A stretch of DNA of 64,000 nucleotides from Saccostrea echinata. Lineage: Eukaryota. Where the stretch lies: positions 20,894,001 through 20,958,000 of the forward strand of contig NW_026889774.1 of assembly GCF_033153115.1 (NCBI RefSeq), in the 5' to 3' direction. Of this stretch, positions 51,439-64,000 are shown piece after piece. How positions within the stretch are numbered: the stretch's first letter is position 1; every line of letters begins with the position of its first letter. The notes beneath the pieces are model-generated. The model did not search any database and had not been told where the DNA came from. It saw nothing but the letters and a program-made list of their open reading frames with translations. A program made the translations under genes and the position numbers.

Positions 51439-53797
51439 CGAGGGTTGATTAAAAAATTCGTGGAATTTCTTTCGAAAATTTTATCGTGATTGATAAAAGC
51501 AAACAATAGGCATACTAGGGGTGATCAAAAAGTTCGCAAACTATCTCTATATTTACAAAACCACAATTCAGATCAGAATGAAATTTGGCACACATATAGT
51601 CATACACATGTTCTATAAATAACATATGTTAAATAATGTCTTGCTCCGTGTTTGTGACGCCACAATGTGAAAATGACGTCAATATGTATGTCACTTGTGA
51701 CAAAAAATGGTTGACTCAGTCGTACTCGAGCAACGAACGGCTGTAAAGTTTAACGTATATCTTGGAAATTCCTTTGCAGTAGAATATGATAATTTGTACA
51801 AGGTTTTATGAAGACAAAAGACTTACCAGAAGTTCAATCATTAATTGGATTGATTGTTTAAGTAAAGACAGGGATACGGTTAAAAATGATGTTTGTTCTG
51901 TTGCCCAGCGAAAGCAAGCCAGGGAAAAGATGTGTCCTTAGTTGAGTAATTTGTTATGATACATCGTCAAGTAACAATTAGAAAAATGATTGTATCTCTT
52001 AACAATAATATAATTATTAAAGCTCTAAAATATCGTTTACTTTAGACTTTAAACATATGAGATATGATGAAAAGAAGGCGCCCATACTTTATCCACATTG
52101 GATAAATGACTCTCCCGAGACAGAGGACTCGGGTTTTGATGGGTCACCATACTAATTGTGGGAAGGGATATCCTTATCCACCCATCCTATCGCCGAGATT
52201 TGGCCATTTCTGACAGATGGACTGTTTTCGTTATAAAAAATAACTTGCATGGTAAGAAATATATGACTCGGACAAATCTTTTAGCTTCTCTGAACAGACT
52301 GCTTTAGAGCATGTCACGTGACTGCCTGGATCACGTGATTCGCGCATGGGAAGAACAATGGCAGATGTGCATTAAGAACATACGCAACGTAGGTTGAACT
52401 TTATTGTCTTTTTCCTTTGAGTTGAAGAGTTCCAATACTTAAAGGAACTGTGTGCTACATTTTAATGTCTATATATGCTGTTGTACACTTCTTCTAAAAC
52501 AAGTTTGAATAAACAAAACATCTAGAATAAATTTTTAGTAATTTTTGTATATTTTTCTTTGAATTATACAAGAATTTTCGTCAATTGATATCTTTTCAAA
52601 ACCCCTGGTAATACATGCTGATTTTTTGTCTACGAACATCTGATGGCACTATAATCTTAAATTAAGAATATCTTGAAAAACTATCAGTAGGTAAGGTACA
52701 TTGCGTATGTCCTTAAAATCGGAGAGGACTACTTTAAAAAAAATTATAATAAACACTGAAACTTCATTTTATTTTTTTTAAAGAAGTAATTCAATTAGTT
52801 CGCGAATTTTTTGATCACCCCTCGTATTTATAAAATAGAGTTATTATGCAACAATACTGGAAAATTTCACCACGTTCCTATTACCAATAAGTTCACACCA
52901 GCTTTCTAAACATTTACAGTTGTAAAATTCGGGGGAGTCTTCCGACGTAACGTCAAGTTAGGTATGTCACGTCACGTTATAGGAGCATCTCACCCTCACT
53001 TCCAAATCGATTAAGAAATTCTACAGAACACTGCCTTTTTTCTCCAAATCTTTTCTCAAGAAAAGCCTGGGTATCCTCTCTTACCTACTTCATAATTCAT
53101 TCATTTTTTAAAATACTCTCCGTCTTTCCATATGAAGTTTCGATTTTAGTAGCAATTTCAAGCACAGTACGTTGGCGGTCCACGTCCATTAACGCTTAAT
53201 TTGTCTACGAGGTAAAAATGACCTTCCAAAAGGCTTCCAAAGCTTTATTCAACATTCATGGAAGTTCTATTTTCCTTACATTTCTCACGATACTGGAAAA
53301 CCAGTTGCTTACTGCATTTTTGTCTAGCCTGTATCCGTAGTATATATACGTTTAGATTAGAGTGTTCCCGAGATTTTCACAAAACTTATAACTTGACCGA
53401 ATTTCGACGTTGTCTAACAATGTCACGATGAACAACAAATCATCAACTGATAAACTAAATATCCAGTAAAATCAGTAAAACTCGCACAAATGTTTATAAA
53501 AGGTCAAGCAATCGTAATAATGACATCATTTTCGTTTTATATGCCACTTACCGCGATTTTTTTCACTTAAAGTATTAAGAATTGAAATGATAATGAACGA
53601 GTAAATGTCTCCCCCGCATTTTCAAACATCCGTTTCTATGGTAACAGCCAAAGTGTTTCTATCATCAATATTTAAAATATTTTTGATTAAAAAAAAATTC
53701 AACAAGTATATATATTATCATTTGTAATTTGCAATCACTATCACTAATAAATAAATAAAATATGAAGAAATTCCACGAGCATTTGGATCAACCCTCG
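51439..53797 (-). mobile_element. Decayed mariner element (outer)
   Basis: TA-CGAGGGTTGATTAAAAAATTCGTGGAATTT ... AAATTCCACGAGCATTTGGATCAACCCTCG-TA; minus-strand remnant LMDVDRQRTVLEIA resembles the mariner HTH region. Confidence 0.8.
51515..52824 (+). mobile_element. Decayed mariner element nested in the outer one
   Basis: TA-CTAGGGGTGATCAAAAAGTTCGCAAACT ... AGTTCGCGAATTTTTTGATCACCCCTCG-TA; remnant HPSYRRDLAISD resembles HPPYSPDLAPxD. Confidence 0.82.
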
Positions 53798-53809
53798 TAT
53801 TATACATTT

Positions 53810-54600
53810 ATTGCATGAGGGAAATATGAAGATTTATTCAGCCAAAAAAAAATCATATTCCCCGAGGGCTTTGATATTTCTTGGCTGAATAAATCTTCAT
53901 GTTTCACGAACATTCATGCAATAAATTCATGCAAAAAATTAATTATCATAACGAAACAAGCAAAAACTTTAAAAATAAAAACAAACTTTCAAATTCGGCA
54001 CCGCTCTTAATTTAGGGTAATGTTACTGAAACAATTTACAGAAGTCCATCAGCAATTTTGTGATGTGAACCAGGCTATTGTGACGTCTACTACTCTCGTG
54101 AGTTTTCGTTCAACGAACGATAACTATTGCTGGAAACTGCTCTAGGTCTCCGAAGAGGTTAAATAATGAAAATCATGACGACACCAGGGAAATATGAAGC
54201 TTTATGGCCCGAGGGCTTCGCCCGAGGGAAATATGATATTTCTTGGCAGACTAAATCTTCATGTTTCCCGTGCATTTATGCAATAAATTGTTTATTATAC
54301 CGAAACAAGCAAAACCTTTAAAAATAAACGTAAACTTTCAAATTCGGCACCGCTCTTAAATTCACTTTCAATTTTAACGTAAAGTTACTGAAACAATTTA
54401 CAGAAGTCCTTGGACACATAACACTCCGATGAAACAAGCAGCAATTTTGTGACGTGAACTAGGCTACTCTCGGGAGGTCTCGTTCAACAAACGATAACTA
54501 TTGCCGGAAAATGCACTAGGTCTCCGAAGAGGTTGAATACGATGAAAAGCAAATTCAGACAGGGAAATATGAAGTTTTATGGCCCTGTCACGTGATAATC
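53810..54600. repeat. Tandemly duplicated palindrome-bearing repeat (Crypton-like), ~2 units of ~360 bp
   Basis: Hairpin ATGAAGATTTATTCAGCCAA / TTGGCTGAATAAATCTTCAT. Block CGAAACAAGCAAAA..TTCAAATTCGGCACCGCTCTTAA occurs at ~53952 and ~54301. Confidence 0.6.
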
Positions 54601-54627
54601 TAGAACCAATCAGTTGTATAGAATGAC

Positions 54628-55230
54628 ATATATGGAGATAACGAATAGTATTCAAGCTCAAATGTCCCACGGACCTCCAAACATCAGAGGTGGGATCAGG
54701 TGCCATGGAGGGGTGAGCATCCCCTGCTGACCTGTCACACCCGTCGCGTGCTCCTTGTCATGATCGGGAAATAGCGGAAAAATCCGTCGACAATTCAGTG
54801 TGTAAATAATGGCCTAACAATTAGTATGAAAAACGTCAGTCAGCATTTGACTCAATGATAAATTGTATTTACTGACAAGGTCATTGTATCGACCATAGAA
54901 CTCACGAAATGAAGACTTTAAACGAGGCAGCTGATATTCTTGTTTCATCAACTTGTTTGTCAATAATTTACCTCGTTTTAGAAATTGTACATACGTAGAG
55001 CATGCTCTCGCGTATCGAATCAACTGAGAGACATATACCCAGTATACAGTTGATGAAGGTATATTGGTGCATAAGTAAGAGAAGTTGACGATTGAAACGT
55101 TAAAGTCATCACGTTTATCATAATGCTTGGTTGTTAGATTACCATTAACGTCTTTTTCAAGTAAAATATCCAAATATGAAACAGATGTGTCAGACTCTGC
55201 GGTATCTTTTATCTCAAGCTCACCAGGATA
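54628..55230 (-). mobile_element. 3' fragment of a Naiad-type retroelement
   Basis: ORF ...LTTKHYDKRDDFNVSIVNF...SQLIRYARACS...VFHTNC* plus the same 3' tail as 17860-18100. Confidence 0.88.
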
Positions 55231-55563
55231 TAATTATAATGAGATATAATATTCATTTTCATTGCACACACGATTAATTTTCAAATCCATAAATGTAAAA
55301 AAAAATCTATCAATATGTACAGAATAAATTTTAAAAAAAAATAACTTTTAAAAATTGAAAAAAAAAATGCCGTAATAATTTAACATACAGTGAAATAACA
55401 ACAGCAAAAGAGCAATCACACAACAAAATGTTCATAGTCAATATGAAATATTATCACTTCTAAAGTTTTGAACATCAAAATATTACATATATATGTAAGC
55501 TGTGCGTGTGTGTGTTTACACATTAGCACAGACTTCATCAATCTTAACACACAGAAGCATATT

Positions 55564-58500
55564 TTAACAACTGTACCAAATTAGATATTCAGGATAAGAC
55601 TGATTCCTATCATAAACAACAAACTCTCGATCCGAAAAGGCTCCACCATTGGCCACTACACTGTCATGAATTTCCTTGTGAATTAAACATACAGGGTTCG
55701 TACATATTTTGCATGGTGGCCTCTTATAATTTCTTTCTGCCTTGGTCAGATAAATATCACCAAGACTCATTCGCACCAAAAACATAGGATAACGATTTTG
55801 ATTATCACATCCTAAATGAAAGAAAAATAGTTCATAACAGATATCAATAAATGATAATAAAGCTTCTTTATACCCTTAGTGTCATTTTTTTTACTGACTA
55901 CAGTATTACACTAAATATGTATTAAATATTATTTCAAATACAAAAGGTAAATTTAACGTTTTTCTTGCAATGCTTACATAAAATAAAAGACCAAAAGACC
56001 AGTAAAGTGATCATTACCTGCATATTTATGTGATTTAGAGGCTACCTCAGCACCGTACACTCCTGCCCCAAGTCTTCCACTCGCTGCAAGCCTACTGTCC
56101 AATCCTTGACTGCATATGATGTCTACGTTTTCAGGCCTTGTACCATGGAAAAAATAGTACTCGTTAATTTCGGAGTGAGTATGTTTTGTCATGGATGAAT
56201 CCAATGAACCCATTACTTGCACAGGCCCAAGTGACTGTGGAATTTTATCTAATGTCGTGAAATTTCCTTCCACGCTTGCTTTTCGAAATAGCCTTTGACA
56301 TTCTTCACCATACTTAAGAAGCAATTCGACATTTTCTAGTCTCTGAATACTGATAATATGTGCATTTCCTAATGTTTTACTTAAAGCACTTGCAATGGAT
56401 CTGCGCGTTATCTGGTCAATAGTTTCTAAATGGAACGTTCCCGATTTTTGCAGCAGATTCCAAGACTTAAGGTTTAAATCGGCCGTAAATTTGGTCCAGT
56501 ATGGTGGTGTTCTGAGTGCTTCTCGATATTTGTAATCAAGGTAAGCTCTTGTTCCTCGTTGTGGAACAGAATGTAAGTCCCAAAGTCTAATTGGAGCTGA
56601 TCGGAAAACAGTTTGTTTACCTTTAATAGTATATAAATAAATGATAATAATGAAGTAAAAATGATTGCTAATTCCTTGCTATATTTGTCCTATATGTTTA
56701 ATATAACAAGTAGATTAAAATATTTTCATTAATACTTACTTGAGGAATTGACCTGGTTTATTGCGTCCTTAAATGCCTATCAATAATAAATAAAAGTAAC
56801 TATTAAATTAATCAAATGATGAATATCAGTATGGTGTTGATTAAATAAATGTAACACAAATGATCCTTTATACAATGTAGAAAATACAGCTAACTATTAA
56901 CCTCTTTCCATACAGGATTGAAAACTTACCATTTCTAGTTTAGGTAAATCACAACTCCCCCTATACAGTACAACTCGTACATCTGAGATACTCTGTTTCT
57001 GTCGTTGCTTAGAAAACTTTTCTATAGACGATACTATGGTAGAAGCTGCCATATCTGCAGGAATCTTATGAAATCCAGTCCCAAGGGCAGGAAAGGCTAT
57101 GGACGTGTAGCCACTTTTATTTGCTTTTTCCAGACAAAGCAAGACAAAGTCCTCTAAAAACTATAATACATATTGACTATCCCAGAGAACATAATTAAGC
57201 CCTTAATGCCGAATTTATTGGGAATATAAATGAATTTAGTAATGATATTGTTTTTGTTTGTTGATTGGATTTTGAGTTTAGATTTACTTGGAAATCAGCA
57301 TTCAACCTCCAAGTAGCTTTACTTACCTCATGAGGAAGTTTGTAACATGCAGTAGGTATTGAGTATCCTGGTATTAAAACACCGTGATACAATTTGTGGC
57401 ACTTAAGATTGTGACCATTTGATACAGCAATGTCTTTATAATTAATTCCGTTGGGGTAATTTTGAGTAAGTTCAATTTTTAGTCGATGCCCAGCAGCCGC
57501 CATTATGGCAGCAGATGCCCCTTGTGTCATCTCGAGATCGTGAGCAACGCTATTGACAATGACATCAACCTGTTAAAGGAATCACAGTACATGTTTATCA
57601 AATCTTACGAAATAATTCAGCAGTTTCTCCGGAGGGAATGTTTCCGTTTCGGATCGATACTGTTGCAAACAATATGGTAATTAATGTACGTTTTATTTAC
57701 AGTATCATTGAATTGTCACCTTTTCTTCAGCTATACTCCCAACCAGTACTCTGAAACTGATGTCTCCAACTTGACCAGAACATAAAAGTCGGGAAACAGA
57801 GTTCGGAGCTAAAATATAACAAAACATGCAAAGTTTACAACAAACATGTATTTATCGTAATTGATGTCGGAAGACCAAATACAGTTTTAGTACTCTAAAG
57901 TCATATACAAATAAAATTAAATAAATTTATATCATGTGTTAATAAATGGAACTTTGCATAATCCAACAAAAAAATTGCGTCGGAAAAAATAAGTGGAAGA
58001 AAATTACTAAAATAATATCGATCAATCACATAGGTATTTGAATTTTTCTACAATGAATTTTCAAACCTATGGCGATTTCGGCCCCAAGATATCCTCGTCC
58101 TTCGCCTAATTCGGTCTTAAATACCTGAAATATAAAACATGTTCTATTTGTTTTGAAACATTTGTTATTTGTATGTCATTATTTATCTTTAAGGTACCAG
58201 AGAGGTGAGAAAAATAGAATGCATTAAATTATTTGAGAGATTTAGAGATATTATCGATATTTTTTTTAAAATCAGAAATATTTTTCTATTGTTACATGAA
58301 TGTAGGATTAAACGAAATTCATACGAATGCTACTTCGTAAAATTCAAACATTTTTGATTTTTGGGTAAATGCATTTTGTTTTTTATTCGAGGAAATTATA
58401 TGTAAATACTCAGCATACCGAAAGAAGTTACATAATTTTATGGAGACTCAAAGTATGCAAACATCCTTTAGTATGTATGTTATTTTCTAAGCACGTATGC

Positions 58501-60235
58501 GCAGATTCGACGCCATGGCATTCACAGGTACTGGAAGTTGCAACCACGTATTCAAATCGCAAATTTTATAATTTTCACTTAGCTTTTCAGTGGTTTTAAA
58601 ATTTGTTTATATAGTTTTTTGCCGGCATAGTAGAAATCATTGCACAGACCTTGCTTGACTATGATACAGTGCTGGAATTAATTAGGAGGACTTCTAAACT
58701 AAAAAGCAATTCTATGATTATGTAAGCTTGTGAAACTTCAGTTAAATGTTAAGAAGTAAAGGTACATTTACTTTGCCTATTCCATATACTGATACTTTTC
58801 AATTGAAAAATAACAGAAATAGATGTTAGAACACTTACATTTTGAACATACGGCCAGTCACTGCTTCCTTCATACACCACAATGACAATTCGCCAGATAT
58901 TCGTACGAGAATTTTTGGTGCTAAAGTCTCGTATTGTTTTAACCATCAATTTTGCTGATTGATCAACAGGATAATGTAAAGAACCAATTCCGAGTGTTGG
59001 AAAAGCAATGGAGAGTACAAAATGACTGTTTGCTGTTTCGAGGCACTTTATCATAAATTTCTCTAATATCTACAAATACCACATTATCATCAAGATCAAT
59101 TAAATCAAAGCAACTAACTGTAAAAAGGGTCCATAAAGAAATAAATTTCACTGTATAAATCTAAAATTTAAATGTATTTATTGCTATTTTTATTATTCTA
59201 ATAGTGGAATACTGTAATTTATCCCTTGAGCAAAAGTGATATTTTTGCAAGTGATATTTTAACTATTTTCACTATGGCAAAATATAAAAATCGCGGCAAA
59301 ACTCGAGATGTTATAAAGAAAATACTCCTGTAGAAAGCAAGCTGAGAAAATAAATCATCCTGGTCGAAGATCCTAAAATTAAGAACTTTCTCCAAATGGT
59401 TGCTAAATTCCATGTTAACAATTTTTAATCTTTCAATCGCTTAGCTATGATGTCTCACAACCGCTCAGCTATGACAGCACTGCATACGACACTGCATTAT
59501 GAAAAGTCAGTGACAAAAGGAAATAAAGAATTAATAATAAACATAAAATCTAATAAATTGTAATTATATATGGAATTTATTTCATTCGTGAGACAGGATT
59601 TTTTAAATATTTTCATTCGTATTTCGCACTCAAGAAAATATTTTAAAAAATCCTGTCCAACTCTTAACATAGATATATTCAAGATAGAGAGAAACAATTA
59701 TGATTTTAAAGTTACTGAAGATGGATCGGGTTGACTGGTTCCCCAGTGGGGCAGGGCCCCGTGGTACACAAATTCGCAATGAAGTTGATGACCCTTACTG
59801 ACTGCAATGTCTCCGTATTCAATGCCATTAGAATATTTCTGGTTTAATTCATCTTGCATTTCTCTTCCTGCAACTCTCAACAGTGCTTCAGACATTCTTC
59901 CATTGCTGAGTTGCAAGTTTTTTGGTCCACTACACACTAACACATCTGCCTGCATCACAAATCAAATTATTTTCATGTCTTGTCATTTCTTTCATATCTG
60001 ATTGATGTTCTTACAATAAACATTGAAAGCTTTGAAATTGTTTTAATTTAAGATAATGGTTTATTTATTTCAGGTTTCTTTGATCCACTAAGATTAAGAT
60101 TTTTATGTATCCTTAAGTGAACTTATACAGAACGCCCACAATACGACTTTCCCAATTTTAGCACTATTTTGTGTCACTTTTTTTCTTCGGCACAGTTGAT
60201 TGAACATGGTGCTCTCATGATGCTTTAAATATACT
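55564..60235 (-). CDS. Macro-PARP paralog D: 2 macrodomains (M2, M3) and catalytic domain; 5' end unresolved or degenerate
   Basis: Exons 55564-55810, ~56018-56596, ~56740-56776, ~56930-57160, ~57327-57569, ~57719-57808, ~58067-58124, ~58840-59069, ~59715-59948; linker exon at ~60110-60235 has no clear in-frame donor. FFHGT / GVYGAEVASKSHKY / DREFVVYD. Confidence 0.8.
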
Positions 60236-63200
60236 AGAAGGTAAAAAAGCCTTTCAATATTGGAATTAAAAAGGAATATATGAAGGTTCTGACAACGCTG
60301 TGAACCAAAATTGAATATAACCGTTTTAACTTTCAATTTCAATTTTATGCAGATAAGAAAAAAAGCTGATCGATATGCAAGGTGTTATTTTTACAGTATG
60401 AAAATAACAAAACTGTTATTTTTCACTGTGTGTAAATAACCTCCTGGCCAAAACTATTTTCTGTCATTCACAAAAAGTGCTTTAAGAAATGCTAACTAAA
60501 GATAGCAAAAGAGAATAAATCAACCCAACACTTATTCAAAAAGTCAAAGTTTTTCCAAACTGTTCAATTCCGTTTTACGATTTTCAATCTCTCAACCGTT
60601 TAGCTTTGAAGTCATGGCCAACGTTACTTTGTTACGAATAGACGGTTAATAAATAGGCAAAAGGAACAAATGGGAAAAAAAACAAATAAAATGCAATAAA
60701 CAGAAAATTCAATGTTTTATCATTAGTTATGGCATTTATTTCACTCATAAGACAGAAAACTATCACAAAACTATTTTATGACTAAGATCTATCGTAAGAT
60801 TGCACCATAGCTGTTTCACAAAACTCTCATATCTTATGAAAATCTTAAGATCTATTTTAATCTTAAGACAACTAGATACCTGTCTTAAGTCTAAAGTGAA
60901 CATGGCGACAGTATATCTTTTAGCTTAAAAGCGATTGATTTTTAGAAGAGAACGGTTTCTAGAGATAGAACAATCTTTTGGACTATATCAGGCTAGCCGG
61001 AACAATGACTACACCCCTCCCCCTTTCCACCTAATAATTTTGCCAATAAATACTATATAAGATAGACACAAAATGTACCTACTTTATGGTTGTGCCCCCA
61101 ATATATTTTTCCAAGGCATTTTTATTTGCTTGTGCCCCCGCCCAACTGAAATTACCTCCCCTCCCAGAACTTTCCTCTTTCGGCCATGTATACATGTATG
61201 TAAGATCTAGATATCATATATAACTTCATTCAAAATTATTTAATTTTGAATTCATCATATTTTCATTATATTATAATATTTTCTATGACCAAGCATCGCT
61301 ACTCATGCGATTTTGAAAATGGCTAAAGCAATTCCAGATACATGACGTTGATTTATTGATATGTTAAGTAAATACATATTGAATACATACAAATACGAAA
61401 TATATACATTTTTATGGTTTGGACAAGTCCCGCCTATAAAAGTAAACAAAATCAAACTTTGGTGTAGCCACCCTGCTTTTGGAAGACGTTTTACATCAAT
61501 TTATTTTGCTACATTGTGGTGAATTTTTTAAAGAAACTGAACATGTCTTTCAGTCTTACAAAATTAGATGAAAATCAAATAGTTTAAGTTACTGAGGTAC
61601 CCCTCTTAATCTGCCGGAATGTTTATGAAAACTCAATTTAATTACTGCTGTACCATATGAGCTACGTATTTTCTTCATAGCATTTGAAACTGTTAAATTC
61701 TGATTGGAAATTGTTCTTTCGTTTCTCTAATTCGTCTGTTAGTGCTGTTATTTCGTTGCAGTAGGTCAGCGTTTCAGAGACACTCTTCATAGATTTTTAT
61801 GAACGAACCAGGGGGATTTTGAACACAAGTTGCCGTTTCAGCTGAATTTATTGGAAAACCATTCATTATTTGCAAAGGCATAAATTCAAAAGTGGATTTA
61901 ATTAAAAGTTGTATCGCATACATTTTGTCAGGATATATATTATTTTCTGAGCAAAAAGACATTTAAGCAAATTTTATTCAATACTTTTTGTAACGAAATT
62001 TATTCAAATAAGCTTTTCTAACCCCCACACCCATCCCCCACCCCCAAAGTACATCGAAGCTGATGCAATAAAATGGGGTTTTTTTTCTGAGAGTATTACT
62101 GCAACATAAAAAATATTTGAGAGACACTATTATTTGAGTATTTTTTAGAAAATGAAAGGGAGACAACTTAACTTCCTTGCAAACAATTTTCTTTTTAATT
62201 TCCTTGTTGCATTAAAGCATGGAATTTGTCATAAGACTTGTCTTGTCCAGGTTTTTTTTTGGTACATGTAAATCTTCAATCGTACTTTGCACTTTTTTTA
62301 CGTCCCTACGAGATGTTTTCACTTATTTGAGACGCCACTAATTGCCGGTGGAAGGCTGCCAGGAAAAAGTCGCTTTTGATTTGGATTTGGTGGGAATCTG
62401 GGCGAACTAGAAAATTAAAAATTTCAATGATGCGACACATATTATTTTCAGCATTCTATTGAAGATTCGGGTCTTTGTGACATATGAAATAGAAATACTT
62501 TCCCGATTTTGTTTTGATTTGCATAAATATGCCTTGAAATATGGCTAGATGAGTCATTTTGTACAAACTATTATGTTTTTACACACATCTTTCTATAGCT
62601 TTGCTACCTCTGGGTTCTAGCTCAACGATTTTAAAAGGTCATTTGTGTGCATTTTTACCCAAAGAAACGGCCAAACGTAAAAAAAAAAAATAGAGAGAAA
62701 ACCCAGAACTATAAAAATTACCTTTTTTTTTTTTTAAAAAAAACAACTCATTGTTTAAAATGTATGTAGCGATGATAGCAAGTGGTATACATGAACATGT
62801 ATGTTAGCTGTCCATGACAGTAAGGAATTGATAAGTTTCATTTAGTTCGATCCTCGCTAGAATTTGAAATAAAGTTAAATTTTGATTCAGATGCTCCGAG
62901 ATCAAAAGCAATTCTTCCGACTCACTGAAATTTTAATACATTTGCATTAAACTATATCTTATTACATGATAGCTGTTATTAATTCTGTGTAATGTTACAT
63001 ATGTTTTGGTAACTGTTAAGATGAACAGTCTTAAATATTACATTTTTGACAAGGTAGTTCAAGTTTTATAGTTAATCTTATTAAATAAGGAAAATCATCA
63101 AATCTCAAATATATTTTCAGGAAAACGAGAATAAAAGTACAGCTATTCATTTTCTGATTGAAAATTGATCAAAAAGTGTGTTTTAGGATAAAAATATAGG

Positions 63201-63894
63201 TATTCAGACATTCAGAGGAAATTGTTTGTTTTTTTTTTTTTTGAAATACTAAATGGTATTTTAGTTCTTCTATTTACTTCAATTTGTGTGATACATAATG
63301 TAGAAAGCTTGTACAATAATTGCAAGACATCGGAGATCACTTTTAATTTCTTAACATGCGAAGAAGCATTGGTATGTGTGGATAAAGGAAATTCGATTTC
63401 TTTTAAAATGATTTTATATTTGTACTTTTATGGGGTACAAATGTCAATTTTTTACAAGACAGTTTCTAAGACTTCAAAGAACCTTGCAACATAATGAGTT
63501 GCATGAAATGAAAATTGTTGCATGAAAAGATTTTAATTTCAATATTCAATTTGAAACTTTTTAAATAATAATTTTAAGAGTTATCATTCCTGACTGAAGA
63601 GCGGATATCCTTAAATTATGAATGATTCGTACACGTGATTCCTGCAGATTACACGCCAAACACGCATCTTCTTAAAACAAGTACACGGCATTATGCCATT
63701 AGACAGTGAGAGAGATTTCTCGTGCCAACACCTACTGCGACACGGAACCTCGTTTTATACCGTCTCATCCGAAGGTCTCCCGCAGTGGGGATCGACTCCT
63801 TACTAGGCGATTCTAGATGGAAAAACTTTTATCAAGGTACCAAGCAGGTGTCTACGGAAGCCCAATAGTGCAAACCAAAAAAATAAGAAACAAA

Positions 63895-64000
63895 AAAAAC
63901 GAAATTATTATATAAAGAAAACGAAATTATTAAATAAAAAACGAAATTATTAAATAAAAAAACGGAATTATTAAATAAGGAAAACGAAATTACTAAATAA
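63895..64000. repeat. ~20-bp minisatellite, runs off the window
   Basis: AAAAACGAAATTATTAAATA repeated ~5 times. Confidence 0.9.

Noticed and set aside
12800-60235. Assigning the symbol PARP14, PARP15 or TNKS
   Set aside because: No RRM/KH/WWE or ankyrin/SAM domains were seen and the domain mix is chimeric; orthology cannot be supported without a tree.
63585-63625. CTGAAGAG followed by a short stem, hammerhead-like
   Set aside because: The GAAA core is missing; too degenerate to call.

Overview
AT-rich animal genomic DNA with spliceosomal introns. The repeat content (166-bp satellite inside Helentron-like elements, Naiad Penelope-like elements, tRNA-SINE) suggests a bivalve, probably an oyster (inference). 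At the left end, acid ceramidase (ASAH1, minus strand, 8 exons visible, runs off the window) and the copper chaperone ATOX1 (plus strand) sit head-to-head, about 350 bp apart. From about 12.8 to 60.2 kb is a tandem minus-strand array of four macrodomain-ADP-ribosyltransferase genes plus one pseudogene. Their PARP14/15-like reader-type macrodomains are fused to a tankyrase-like catalytic domain that keeps the H-Y-E triad, has Y-G-A instead of Y-F-A, and carries a conserved C-x2-C-x4-C-x2-H insert. The paralogs differ by gain or loss of whole macrodomain exon modules. Introns and spacers hold many MITEs, nested mariner relics, Naiad fragments, a SINE and two hammerhead-ribozyme-like motifs. Exon coordinates were read by hand from GT/AG boundaries and frame continuity and may be off by a few nt; no database searches were run.
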